From the NCBI GenBank assembly GCA_041393415.1, contig JAWKKE010000001.1:520366-584365 (forward strand): a DNA stretch of 64,000 nt, read 5' to 3'. Source of the stretch: Thermoleophilia bacterium (lineage in GTDB: Bacteria; Actinomycetota; Thermoleophilia; UBA2241). This document shows, piece by piece, positions 50,746 to 60,241 of this stretch (position 1 is its first letter; every line of letters begins with the position of its first letter). Under the pieces are notes generated by a model, which had not been told where the DNA came from, made no database searches, and saw only the letters and a program-made list of their open reading frames with translations. The position numbers were made by a program, and so were the translations under genes.

Positions 50746-51133
50746 GAGCTCCTGGGACCCCTGACATCGTCCAGGCCATCACCTTGAGTCGTGACAGCAA
50801 GAGATGTCGTGTGGATTGAGTGAATGAGGATCGAAGGCGGAATCGGCTAGGACTCCGTAGCTTCGTAGTATGTCACATGTTGCGTCGCTTTCCCACTGTG
50901 TCACCACATGTGAAGAGGGACTCTGCTTTGATGTGTGCGCCCGTCCGCGCGCCATGGAGCGAGGCTGTGAAGCACCCCAGGAGCTGCGAGCAGGATTCCG
51001 GCGAGGTCACTGCGCCGGCCAGCTGATTCAGTATATCGGACGTTTGCCCCAGAACAACAGGGGTCAAGCGAGAGAAGGGGCACGCTCGTGCTCTGTCGGG
51101 CGATTGATGGCGACCGTCGACCGGCCTCGGTCC
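50746..51133 (-). promoter_or_regulatory. Long (about 390 nt) rho leader/intergenic region with two ACATGT palindromes about 30 nt apart
   Basis: No convincing ORF; the 50870..52378 plus-strand track ORF is antisense to GDE. Contains gtCACATGTtg ... caCCACATGTga. rho genes commonly carry long autoregulatory leaders. Confidence 0.35.
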
Positions 51134-53335
51134 TCAGTCGACGATGATGATGCGCCCGGGGCCGTGCTTATCGAGCACCGCGAGCGTGGTCTGGCGGCCC
51201 TCGCGACGAAAGCGCAGATGCATGGTGGTGTGACCGACACGCAGATCGCGCAACGTGACCTCGCCGAGCCACGGCGGCAACTCGGGGTTGTGGACGTAGA
51301 CGATGTTGGCTTCGGCCTGCGCGTAGATGCCGAGCATGGACTGCAAAAGGAGGAAGAGCGCACCCGAAGACGCCGCGTCGGGCGCGCACGCCATCGGGAA
51401 CGTGACAGGACCACCGCTGGACTGACGGGCGAAGCCGCAGTAGAGCTCGGGCAACCGTGCGTACTCGTGGGCCACGGCCGCCTGCACGAGCTCCCAAGCA
51501 AGCGTGTTGGCCTCGGCGGCGAAGCCGTGCTTCTTCATGCCGAAGGCCGCGATCGCCGTGTCGAACGGCCATACGCTGCCGTTGTAGAAACTGACGGGAT
51601 TGTAGCCGTGCGCCGAACTGCTCAGGGTGCGCAGCCCCCAACCGGAGTGCATGTCGGGCTCCATGAGCCGCGCCACGACGGCCGGCACGTGCTCGTCGCT
51701 GATGATGCGCGACCAGAGCGCATGACCAATTGTCGAACAAACGGTGCGTACCTGCCGCTTGTCCCCATCGAGCGCCATCGCGTAGTAGCCCTCTTCGGGC
51801 ATCCAGAATGCCTCGTTGAAGCGCTGCCGCAGCTGCGCGGCCTCTTTCGCGAGGCGCTCGGCCTGGTGGACGTCGCCGAGCTGCCCGTAGATCCCGGCGA
51901 GGCGACGCTTGGCGTAGTACACATAGCCCTGGGTCTCGGCGAGCGCGATCGGGCCTTCCGCCGGCGTCCCGTCCTTGTGCAGGATCGCGTCGCCTCTGTC
52001 ACGCCATCCCTGGTGCGTGAGCCCGGCGCGCGATCGGCGCTCATACTCGACGAACCCGTCGCCGTCGAAGTCGCCGTCGCGGTCGATCCAATCGAGCGCG
52101 GCCGCCACCTCCTCCTGCCGCGCCACAAACCCATCGAGGTCGCCGCTCCAGAGCGTGAGTTCGCTGACGAGGAGGAGCCAGAGCGGCGTCGTGTCGATCG
52201 CGCCGTAGTACGGCGTCTGGGTAATGAGCCCCGCGCCGGCAAGCTCCCCGCGGCGCAGCTCGTGCATCACCTTGCCCGGCTGCTCTTCGCGAAAGGCACT
52301 GTCGCAGCGACCGAGGTGCGCGCCGAGAAAGTCTACAGCGGCGCGCGCCCAGCGCAGATCGAGCAGAGGCGCCATTAGGCCGCCGAAGCACATCTCGCGG
52401 CCGAACGGCGCCACGAACCACGGCACCCCTGAGAGCACCACACGCTGCCCTTCGATCTCGGCGCTCAGCGTGCGCAGGTCCTCGCGCCCACGCCGCAAGG
52501 CGTTGTTGAGGAGCTCGTTGTCGGTGCCGATGTGGGTGGCCTCCGAGTCCCAGAGTCGACGCACGGCGCCCACGCGAGTCAGACCCTCGTCGAATCCATC
52601 GCCGGAGGTCGCGGCCGGCGCGTTCACGTGCGTCTCCACTTCGAGCGTGAGGGAGACGTTCTCGCCGGGGGCGAGCCGCAGGCGATAGCGGGCTCGCCCC
52701 TCCTGCAGCGATTCGGGTGCGTCGAGGAATCTCACCACGGTCTCGCGCGTGACGCCGTCAAGGCCGATCGCTGCATACGTGACACAGCTGCGGTCGACGC
52801 GCGCCGGCAGCCGTGTACCGTGCCTGCGACGGCGAAAACCCCTCACGTCGAAGATGTCAGCGAAATCAGCGTCAACGTGCACGTCGACGAACAGCTCCAC
52901 CGCAGCGTTGTGGTAGTTGTGGACGTCGACTCGCTCGCGCAGGCGATCGTCGAGGAAGCGGGTGCAGCGGATGTGAATGGTCGCCTGCGGAAGTGGACGC
53001 CCGTCGGCGGTGCGGGACTCGAGATTCGTGAGTTCGATGGTCGCGGCATAGCCGCTCTCAGCAGTCGACGAGAGGAGCACAGGGTAGCGACCGGCGACGA
53101 CGAGTTCGAACCGGCTGAGAAAGCGCGTGTCTCGGTAGTACAGGCCGAGCTCGGAGTTCTCGCCGCCCGGGATGCGACCGACGTCGCTGGTGTAGAGAAA
53201 GCGCTCGCCTTCCTTGATCGCCAGATGCGCGTGGCGGCCGCCGCTCATGACGTACCGTTCGGCGCTGGTCAACGCAACTCGGCCGGCGCCCGCCGGAGAG
53301 CCGCCGCCCGCGGCGGCGGTGGGGCGGGCGTCCAT
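51134..53335 (-). CDS. Glycogen debranching enzyme family protein (GDE N-terminal domain plus amylo-alpha-1,6-glucosidase C-terminal domain)
   Basis: 733 aa. N-terminal HAHLAIKEGERFLYTSDVGRIPGGENSELGLYYRDTRFLSRFEL fits the bacterial/archaeal GDE_N pattern. The C-terminal half has the (alpha/alpha)6 glucosidase region (ITQTPYYGAIDTTPLW...). Start ATG 53335 lies 4 nt after the apgM stop. Confidence 0.75.
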   Translation of the reverse strand: MDARPTAAAGGGSPAGAGRVALTSAERYVMSGGRHAHLAIKEGERFLYTSDVGRIPGGENSELGLYYRDTRFLSRFELVVAGRYPVLLSSTAESGYAATIELTNLESRTADGRPLPQATIHIRCTRFLDDRLRERVDVHNYHNAAVELFVDVHVDADFADIFDVRGFRRRRHGTRLPARVDRSCVTYAAIGLDGVTRETVVRFLDAPESLQEGRARYRLRLAPGENVSLTLEVETHVNAPAATSGDGFDEGLTRVGAVRRLWDSEATHIGTDNELLNNALRRGREDLRTLSAEIEGQRVVLSGVPWFVAPFGREMCFGGLMAPLLDLRWARAAVDFLGAHLGRCDSAFREEQPGKVMHELRRGELAGAGLITQTPYYGAIDTTPLWLLLVSELTLWSGDLDGFVARQEEVAAALDWIDRDGDFDGDGFVEYERRSRAGLTHQGWRDRGDAILHKDGTPAEGPIALAETQGYVYYAKRRLAGIYGQLGDVHQAERLAKEAAQLRQRFNEAFWMPEEGYYAMALDGDKRQVRTVCSTIGHALWSRIISDEHVPAVVARLMEPDMHSGWGLRTLSSSAHGYNPVSFYNGSVWPFDTAIAAFGMKKHGFAAEANTLAWELVQAAVAHEYARLPELYCGFARQSSGGPVTFPMACAPDAASSGALFLLLQSMLGIYAQAEANIVYVHNPELPPWLGEVTLRDLRVGHTTMHLRFRREGRQTTLAVLDKHGPGRIIIVD

Positions 53336-53339
53336 CGCG

Positions 53340-54527
53340 CTACTTGGTCGCCTCAAAGAAGAGGCGCACCAGCTCCCGTCCGCTGCTCATGACGACGCCG
53401 GTCGCTTCCGCCCCCGCCTCAGTGTAGCTCGCGCTGTCGGCGCACTCGCCGGCATTGCCGGACGCAAAGACAAACGGCACCGGCGCGCCGAGATGCGTGC
53501 GCGTACGCAGCAACGTGAAGTGATCGGGAACAACCAGAACACCCGGTCGATGCTGCGATGCCAGAATGGGTCCAAGGACTTCCGCATCGATACGCTCGAT
53601 CGCCTTGAGCTTCTCCTCCAGGCTCCCCATGTGCCCCGCTTCGTCCGGAGCCTCGACGTGCACCCAGACGAAGTCGTGACGATCGAGTGCGTCGATCGCC
53701 GCCTGCGCCTTGGCGCCGTAGTCGGTGTCGAGTCCACCTGTGGCTCCGGGCACGTCCAGCACCTCGAAGCCGGCGTAGCGACCGATGCCGCGTATGAGGT
53801 CGACGGCGCCGACGACCGCCCCGCTTAGTCCGTAGAGATCACTGTAGTGAGGCATACTCGGCGCCGTACCCTCGCCCCAGAACCATGTGCTCGTCTCCGG
53901 ACGCACCGGCTTGAGCACGTCTTCGCTGCGCCGCCAGAGATCGGCCAACGTGCGTGCCGCCGACTCGTCGCCTTGGCCGGCGGCGACGCCGGGAAGGTAG
54001 TCGGCGACCGGCTGATCGAGAATGTTGTGCGGCGGAGTGCAGGCAACGACCTCGCCGCCGCGCCACACCAGCAGATTGCGGTAGCTGACGCCGGTGTAGA
54101 ACTCGAACGCGCCGCCGCCCAGCGCCGCCTCGAGGGCAGCGATACAGCGGCGACTCTCGTCCGTGCTGATATGACCGGCGGCGTGATCCTTCATGACCCC
54201 GTCGACGATGGTGACGAAGTTGCAGCGATAGGAGACATCGTGCGGTCCGAGGTCGACGCCGATACTGGCGGCCTCGAGCGGGCTACGCCCGCTGTACACG
54301 GCCGCCGGATCGTACCCGAGCACCGCCAAGTTGGCGACGTCGCTACCGGGCGGCATGCCGTCGGGCACCGTGTGCACAAGCCCCACGGTGCCGCGTCGAG
54401 CCATCGCGTCCATGTTGGGTGTGTGGGCGACGGCCAGCGGCGTGCGTCCGTCGAGCTCGGCGATCGGCTCGTCGGCCATGCCGTCTGGCACCAACAGCAC
54501 GCGCTTCGGCGTTGCTCTCTCGTCCAT
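53340..54527 (-). CDS. apgM: Cofactor-independent phosphoglycerate mutase, archaeal-type (ApgM family)
   Basis: MDERATPKRVLLVPDGMADEP...GTVGLVHTVPDGMPPGSDVANLAVLGYDP and C-terminal VVPDHFTLLRTRTHLGAPVPFV are hallmarks of the ApgM/metalloenzyme phosphopentomutase-like family. Confidence 0.8.
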   Translation of the reverse strand: MDERATPKRVLLVPDGMADEPIAELDGRTPLAVAHTPNMDAMARRGTVGLVHTVPDGMPPGSDVANLAVLGYDPAAVYSGRSPLEAASIGVDLGPHDVSYRCNFVTIVDGVMKDHAAGHISTDESRRCIAALEAALGGGAFEFYTGVSYRNLLVWRGGEVVACTPPHNILDQPVADYLPGVAAGQGDESAARTLADLWRRSEDVLKPVRPETSTWFWGEGTAPSMPHYSDLYGLSGAVVGAVDLIRGIGRYAGFEVLDVPGATGGLDTDYGAKAQAAIDALDRHDFVWVHVEAPDEAGHMGSLEEKLKAIERIDAEVLGPILASQHRPGVLVVPDHFTLLRTRTHLGAPVPFVFASGNAGECADSASYTEAGAEATGVVMSSGRELVRLFFEATK

Positions 54528-54545
54528 GTCTCCCTTTCGTCGCCC

Positions 54546-55766
54546 TCAGCCAACGAAACCGAAGAGATGCATCGGCTGCATCTCGAAGGCTTCGTACTTG
54601 GGGGTGTAGCGCTCCGTGTCGTAGAACCTGTCGACGTCGACCGTCTTCTTGTGGTCGACAACCGTCGCGATGGGCACCGAGCTGTAGCAGCCCTTACGCA
54701 GAGCCACCATACGGCCAGTCTCCCCGCGCATGATGAGATCGACGGCATGATTCCCGTAGACCGTCGGCACGATCGCATCAAGCGCGTCCGGCGGGCCACT
54801 ACGCACGAAGTACCCCAGATTCATCGAGATCATCTCGATCTTGCTGCGGGCATCGTGCGCCGGCGCCAACTCCTTGATGGCGGCGCTCACCCGCTCACCG
54901 ATGCCCCCGAGCTTGGCATGACCGTACTGATCGGTTTCGCTGCCCTTGAAGACCATGTCGCCGCCCTCCGGCATGGCACCCTCGCTCACCAAGCAGACGG
55001 AGAACCGATCCGGGTTGTCGCGGCGATCGGCGACGAGCAGCCGCGCCAGCCTGTTGGGATCGAACTTCCACTCCGGGATCACGCAGCGATTGGCGGCGCC
55101 GGCGAGCGTTGGCAGAAGCGCTGTGAAGCCCGCGTACCGACCGAAGACCTCGAGCACCACGATGCGCTCGTGCGAGGCGGCCGAGCTGCGCACCTGATGG
55201 GCCAACTCGATGGTGCGCGTCACGCAGGTACTGAAGCCCATGCAGTAGTCGGTGCCGGGGACGTCGTTGTCCATCGTCTTCGGCAACGCGACTACGGGGA
55301 AGTTGTGACGGCCGAGCTCGACGGCGTAGCTCAGCGTGTCGTCGCCGCCCATCGGCACCAGATAGTCGATCCCGAGGAAGTCGAGGTTCGCGAGAACCTC
55401 GGGCGTGAGATTGTTCTTCTCTTCCAGATAGACGTCGCGCAGATGCTCGGGCACGTCCTTCAGTGGAATGGCACTGGGGCGCGTGCGCGACGAGTGCAGG
55501 AATGTACCACCCACGTGAACGTAGCGATTCACCAGTTCTTCGGTGAGATCCATCACGCACTGACTGTTGTCGGCCTCACGGTCACGACGAACCTCGACGA
55601 GGCCGCCCCAACCGTGCCGAATGCCGACGACGTCGAAGCCGGCGTGCAGCGCTCGTAGCGTAACGGCGCGGATCGCCGGATTGAGACCCGGAACATCGCC
55701 GCCGCCGGTGAGGATACCGATCGTGCCCCGCTTGCCCTTGCGCTTCGTTTGCGATGCCATGGTCAA
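54546..55766 (-). CDS. pfkA: 6-phosphofructokinase (ATP- or PPi-dependent)
   Basis: GILTGGGDVPGLNPAIRAV, MGGDDTLSYA and PKTMDNDVPGTDYCMGFSTCV are canonical PFK active-site motifs. Start overlaps the hom stop (ATGA). Confidence 0.85.
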   Translation of the reverse strand: MTMASQTKRKGKRGTIGILTGGGDVPGLNPAIRAVTLRALHAGFDVVGIRHGWGGLVEVRRDREADNSQCVMDLTEELVNRYVHVGGTFLHSSRTRPSAIPLKDVPEHLRDVYLEEKNNLTPEVLANLDFLGIDYLVPMGGDDTLSYAVELGRHNFPVVALPKTMDNDVPGTDYCMGFSTCVTRTIELAHQVRSSAASHERIVVLEVFGRYAGFTALLPTLAGAANRCVIPEWKFDPNRLARLLVADRRDNPDRFSVCLVSEGAMPEGGDMVFKGSETDQYGHAKLGGIGERVSAAIKELAPAHDARSKIEMISMNLGYFVRSGPPDALDAIVPTVYGNHAVDLIMRGETGRMVALRKGCYSSVPIATVVDHKKTVDVDRFYDTERYTPKYEAFEMQPMHLFGFVG

Positions 55767-57040
55767 CTCTCACCTTCGACGCGAATCACGCTGGGCTCTC
55801 CGTGCACTTCGCCAAGCGCCTTGATCTTGCCCAGTGCGGTGAAGAACTGCTCCTCGCGCACCGGATGCAGCACCAGAACGAGCTCTGCCTCATCGCCGCG
55901 TCCTTCCTGGACCATCGACTCGATGCTCACGCCTTCATCGCCGAACAGCGCGCTGATGCGCGCCAAGACACCCGGCTGATCCACCACTCGCAACCGCAGG
56001 TAGAACCGCGACACCATATCGGCGTCGGGGAAGAAGCTCAGATCGCGATAGCAGAGGCAGTTGCGCGTGTAGCTGCCCTTCACCGTGTTGACGATCGAGA
56101 TGACATCGCCGATCACGGCAGAGGCCGTAGGCACGCTGCCGGCACCGGGTCCGAAGAGCATAATCTCGTCGAACGTGTCGCTCTCCAGGAACACAGCGTT
56201 GTAGGCACCCGAGACGCCGGCGAGCGGGTGACTACCGGGGAGGAAAGCAGGGTACACGCGCACGTTCATGCTGCCGTTGACCAGTTTGGCGACACCGAGC
56301 AGCTTCGCGACCAGACCGAGACGCTTGCCGTGGGCGATGTCGAGCGCCGACACATTGGTGATGCCCTCGTACTCAACGTCGGCGAGCCGCGTGCGGCTAT
56401 GGAAGGCGATGGAACTGAGGATCGCCATCTTGGCGGCCGCGTCTTTGCCGCCTACGTCCTCCGTTGGATCCGCCTCAGCGTAGCCCAAGCGCTGCGCCTC
56501 CTTGAGAACGTCATCGTACTCCGCGCCGGTCACCGCCATGGCGCTCAGCATGTAGTTCGTGGTGCCATTGACAATGCCGTAGACAGTGCGCACGTCGGCC
56601 GCGACCAACGACTCTCGCAGCACCTTGACGATCGGCACGGCGCCGACAGCGCTCGCCTCAAAGCGGAGGTGGACACCGCCTTCCTCAGCGGCATCGAACA
56701 GCTCCGCACCGTACTGCGCCAGAAGCTGCTTGTTGGCGGTGATCACATGCTTCCCGGCACGAAGCGCGCGGCGCTGAAAATCGAGGGCCGCGCCAGTCCC
56801 GCCGATGAGCTCGACGACGATGTCGATGTCAGGATCCTCAAGGATGTCCTCGAAGCGCGTCGTGAGCAGTGCCGGATCCAGATCGGGCGCGCTGAAACCC
56901 GGATCCTTCTCGAGCACTCGTTTGAGGTACACCTCTCTGCCGGTGGCGAGCCGGATGTCCTCGGCGTTGCGCGCCAGGAGCTTGCCGACACCCGAGCCAA
57001 CGGTGCCGTAGCCGAGGAGTCCGATGCCTACTCTATCCAC
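55763..57040 (-). CDS. hom: Homoserine dehydrogenase with C-terminal ACT domain
   Basis: VGIGLLGYGTVGSGV (NAD(P)-binding), GKHVITANKQLLA and NGTTNYMLSAM. Start GTG 57040 preceded by GGCGGAGGG. Confidence 0.9.
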   Translation of the reverse strand: MDRVGIGLLGYGTVGSGVGKLLARNAEDIRLATGREVYLKRVLEKDPGFSAPDLDPALLTTRFEDILEDPDIDIVVELIGGTGAALDFQRRALRAGKHVITANKQLLAQYGAELFDAAEEGGVHLRFEASAVGAVPIVKVLRESLVAADVRTVYGIVNGTTNYMLSAMAVTGAEYDDVLKEAQRLGYAEADPTEDVGGKDAAAKMAILSSIAFHSRTRLADVEYEGITNVSALDIAHGKRLGLVAKLLGVAKLVNGSMNVRVYPAFLPGSHPLAGVSGAYNAVFLESDTFDEIMLFGPGAGSVPTASAVIGDVISIVNTVKGSYTRNCLCYRDLSFFPDADMVSRFYLRLRVVDQPGVLARISALFGDEGVSIESMVQEGRGDEAELVLVLHPVREEQFFTALGKIKALGEVHGEPSVIRVEGES

Positions 57041-57201
57041 GTGGGGCCCTCCGCCTCTGTCAGCGTGGCGCCGCCAAACGGGCATGCAGCAGCCACGCAG
57101 TTCTTCCTGCTGCCGTCGAGTATATGAGAAGCGCGACGGGCCGGCGACACGCCGCGCCGTCAGCGCCGGTGCAAGTCGTACAGTTCAGCTGCGCCGGCGA
57201 T

Positions 57202-58518
57202 CTACGTGAGCGGACGTTGCAGGCGGAGCAAGTCTTCCCACGTCTCGCGCTCGATGATGACCCGCGCCTCGCCGTCCCGCACCATGATCACCGCCGGACG
57301 CGGCTGAGCATTGTAGTTGTTCGCCATCGCGTACCCGTAGGCCCCGGTGCTCGGCGTCACGAGAATGTCGCCAGGCGCCGGCGGCGCGATGTGGACGTCA
57401 CGGACAAGCACATCGCCCGATTCGCAGTGCTTGCCGGCGATCGTGACGACGTCGGTCGCGGCCACCTCGGCCTTGTTGGCGATCATCGCCTCGTAGCGCG
57501 AGCCGTACAGCATTGGCCGTAGATTGTCGCTCATGCCGCCGTCGACGGCCACGTAGGTACGCACCCCGGGAATCACCTTCACGGTGCCCACGGTATACGC
57601 AGTCACCGCAGCCTTACCGACGATGCTGCGACCGGGCTCCACGAGCAGCTTGGGCACTTCCATGCCGTGGCGCACGGCGCCGTCGTGCAGAGCATTCACG
57701 CTGACCTCGGCGAACTCCGCGATCGAGCTCGGCATGTCGGCGCTGGTGTAGCGGATGCCGAGACCGCCACCGATGTTGACGACCTGGCAGGCGAAACCGA
57801 AATCGCGCCGCCAGTTGTCGATGGCCACGAAGAGGACCTCGACCTCTCGACGATACGAGTCGAGCTCGAAGATCTGCGAGCCGATGTGCGCATGCACACC
57901 GATGAGCCTCAGGTGTGCGCAGTCGTGAATACGGCGCACCGCCTCGTCCGCCCGCCCGTCGGCGAGCCCAAGCCCGAACTTGCTGTCCTGCTGACCGGTC
58001 TGGACGAAATCGTGCGTGTTGGGGCGAACCCCGGGCGTGACACGCACCAGGACATCCCGCGCACGCCCGCGTGCCGCGGCGGCCGTCTCCAGGCGCTCGA
58101 TCTCTTCAAACGAATCGATCACGAAGTGGCCGATGTCTGAGTCTAGGCCGGCTTCGATCTCGGCCATCGACTTGTTGTTGCCATGGAAGTAGACCCGGTG
58201 CATGGGAAAGCCCGCGGCGACGGCCGCCGCAAGCTCGCCGCCGGTCGCGACATCGAGCGAGAGGTTCTCTTGCGCGACGAGCTCGCACATTGCGCGGCAG
58301 CTGAACGCTTTGCTGGCGTAGACGATCTCGTAGCGATCGGTGAGCGCACCGAACGCCTTGTGGTAGGCGCGACACTGATCGCGCAACGACTGCTCGTCGT
58401 AGATGAAGAGCGGTGTTCCGAAGGAGTCGGCCAGCTCGACCACATCGCAGCCGCCGATCTCCAGGTGGCCGGCGGCGTTGTGCGTCGTCGTATGGGGGTA
58501 GATGAGTGTGTGCGTCAT
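57202..58518 (-). CDS. lysA: Diaminopimelate decarboxylase
   Basis: PLP-site YASKAF (Lys), VHAHIGSQI, GGGLGIRY and EPGRSIVG are typical of LysA-type fold-III decarboxylases. 438 aa. Confidence 0.9.
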   Translation of the reverse strand: MTHTLIYPHTTTHNAAGHLEIGGCDVVELADSFGTPLFIYDEQSLRDQCRAYHKAFGALTDRYEIVYASKAFSCRAMCELVAQENLSLDVATGGELAAAVAAGFPMHRVYFHGNNKSMAEIEAGLDSDIGHFVIDSFEEIERLETAAAARGRARDVLVRVTPGVRPNTHDFVQTGQQDSKFGLGLADGRADEAVRRIHDCAHLRLIGVHAHIGSQIFELDSYRREVEVLFVAIDNWRRDFGFACQVVNIGGGLGIRYTSADMPSSIAEFAEVSVNALHDGAVRHGMEVPKLLVEPGRSIVGKAAVTAYTVGTVKVIPGVRTYVAVDGGMSDNLRPMLYGSRYEAMIANKAEVAATDVVTIAGKHCESGDVLVRDVHIAPPAPGDILVTPSTGAYGYAMANNYNAQPRPAVIMVRDGEARVIIERETWEDLLRLQRPLT

Positions 58519-58530
58519 GCGAGGATCCTC

Positions 58531-59058
58531 TCAGTATTCGATGCCGGGTCGAGCCAGCACACCGGCATCGTAGTAATGCTTCACCGGTCGCATCTCGGTG
58601 ACGAGGTCGGCCGCCGCGATCAGTTCCTCGGGAGCGCCGCGGCCCGTCATCACCAACTCGACCGCGGCCGGGCGCATCGCCAGAAAGGCCAGCACGGCAT
58701 CCAACGAAAGCAGCTCGAAGAACGTCGCCGTCACCAACTCGTCAAGGACAACGAGGTCGTACTCACCGCTCTGCACGAGCGCGCGCGCCTGCTCCAGACC
58801 GGCGCGTGCGGCGGCGAGGTCCTCTTCCGTGGCCTCGCCCTTGAACACCCAATGGTCCAGTCCGCACTGCACCACGGGCACACCGAGACGGCGCAGCATG
58901 ACGACTTCGCCCCAATTCGGGTCGGCCTTCATGAACTGCAGGAACGCGGGCTTGAGGCCCTGCCCGAGCGCGCGCAGAACCAGGCCCAGGGCGGCGGTCG
59001 TCTTGCCCTTGCCGTCGCCGGTGTAGACCTGAATGAAGCCTTCGCGCGTCGCCGTCAT
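58531..59058 (-). CDS. cobO: Cob(I)yrinic acid a,c-diamide / cob(I)alamin adenosyltransferase (CobA/CobO/BtuR type)
   Basis: GFIQVYTGDGKGKTTAALGLVLRALGQGLKPAFLQFMK (P-loop) and VVLDELVTATFFELL. Start ATG 59058. Confidence 0.8.
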   Translation of the reverse strand: MTATREGFIQVYTGDGKGKTTAALGLVLRALGQGLKPAFLQFMKADPNWGEVVMLRRLGVPVVQCGLDHWVFKGEATEEDLAAARAGLEQARALVQSGEYDLVVLDELVTATFFELLSLDAVLAFLAMRPAAVELVMTGRGAPEELIAAADLVTEMRPVKHYYDAGVLARPGIEY

Positions 59059-59137
59059 GGTGAACCTCGTCTGCCGTCTGCCGTGTCGAGGTCCCGAGTA
59101 TACTTCGCTCACGGCGCTCTTCGATGGAGGCCACCCC

Positions 59138-59818
59138 ATGAACAAGCCGCCCAAGATCATCAGCTGCGAAGTGCTGCGCGACGAGATAGAGTCCGTGAAC
59201 CCCGGGCTTACGATCGACTTCGTACCCGGCGCCCTGCACGACTACCCGGACAAACTGCGCGCCGCGCTCCAAGAGAGAATCGATGCGACTCCCGGCGACT
59301 GCGACATCCTGCTGTGCTGTGGTCGCTGCAGCAACGGCACCGTCGGCCTCTGCGCCCGCGGCCACCACCTTGTACTCCCGGCGGTCGACGACTGCATCGC
59401 GTTGCTCCTCGGCTCTCGCAGCCACTACCTGGCCGAGCACCGCCGCTGTCCGGGAACGTACTATTACACGCGCGGATGGATCGACTTCATCGACGACCCC
59501 TACAAGGACTATCTGAAGATCATCCCCAAGTACGGCGAGGAGAAGGCCGCGCGCATTGCCCGCATGATCCTCGCCAACTACACACGCGTAGCGGTCATCG
59601 ACACCGGCGTCGTACCTATGGAGCAGTTCCGCGACTACGTCTCCACAGTCGCCGCCTTCTACGATCTCCCGATCGCCTACCTCGAGGGCTCACTCCGCTA
59701 CATCGAGAAGCTCGTCAGCGGCCCTCGCGACCACGAATTCCTCGTCGTGCCTCCCGGCGGGGTTCTCGACGAGTCCCTGTTCTGGCACCTCGACGATCAG
59801 GCGGTCGGATCAGGCTGA
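59138..59818 (+). CDS. DUF1638 domain protein
   Basis: Start ATG 59138 with a GGAGG RBS. KIISCEVLRDEIE...ILLCCGRCSNGTVGL...CIALLLG match DUF1638, a family typically associated with corrinoid-protein and methyltransferase loci. Confidence 0.6.
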   Translation: MNKPPKIISCEVLRDEIESVNPGLTIDFVPGALHDYPDKLRAALQERIDATPGDCDILLCCGRCSNGTVGLCARGHHLVLPAVDDCIALLLGSRSHYLAEHRRCPGTYYYTRGWIDFIDDPYKDYLKIIPKYGEEKAARIARMILANYTRVAVIDTGVVPMEQFRDYVSTVAAFYDLPIAYLEGSLRYIEKLVSGPRDHEFLVVPPGGVLDESLFWHLDDQAVGSG

Positions 59819-60241
59819 GTCGCCGCCCGCCCCATCGCCGGCGCTCTCATCTGTCGCCTGTTCCATGGACTCTGCCGCCGTCTCCGTCGGCTCGGCAGGC
59901 GCTTCCGCCGCGCTCTCTGCGGCGACACCCTGCAACACCTGCGCATAGCCGAGCTGCATCTGCGCCAGAGTTGCACGAAGATCCTTGAAGGGCTCCTTGC
60001 CGGCCCCCTGCTCCACCACCCCAAGCGTTGCTCGGAGCAGTTCGATCGCCAAGTGGGCATCGTCGAGATCGCGCAACTCACGCGTCTGCTCCGTGAGACC
60101 CAGCTTCTGGTAGCCGAGTGTCACGTAGGTCACCATCATCTCGTACGCCAAGTCGGCGACTCGCATGCGCTTGACCTGCTCGCGCAACGCACGCTCGGCC
60201 TCAACGTCGGTGAGCGGGCGATCGTGTGTTTCGTCGCTCAT
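59810..60241 (-). CDS. Hypothetical acidic protein, possibly DUF1844-like
   Basis: Start ATG 60241 with a GAGGAGG RBS. MSDETHDRPLTDVEAERALREQVKRMRVADLAYEMMVTYVTLGYQKLGL..., with an acidic Ala/Glu-rich C-terminus. Family assignment is tentative. Overlaps the ybdK stop by 4 nt. Confidence 0.4.
   Translation of the reverse strand: MSDETHDRPLTDVEAERALREQVKRMRVADLAYEMMVTYVTLGYQKLGLTEQTRELRDLDDAHLAIELLRATLGVVEQGAGKEPFKDLRATLAQMQLGYAQVLQGVAAESAAEAPAEPTETAAESMEQATDESAGDGAGGDSA

Noticed and set aside
50870-52378. 502-aa plus-strand ORF.
   Set aside because: Antisense to the well-supported glycogen-debranching gene and the rho leader. Composition is Arg/Ala/Gly-heavy.
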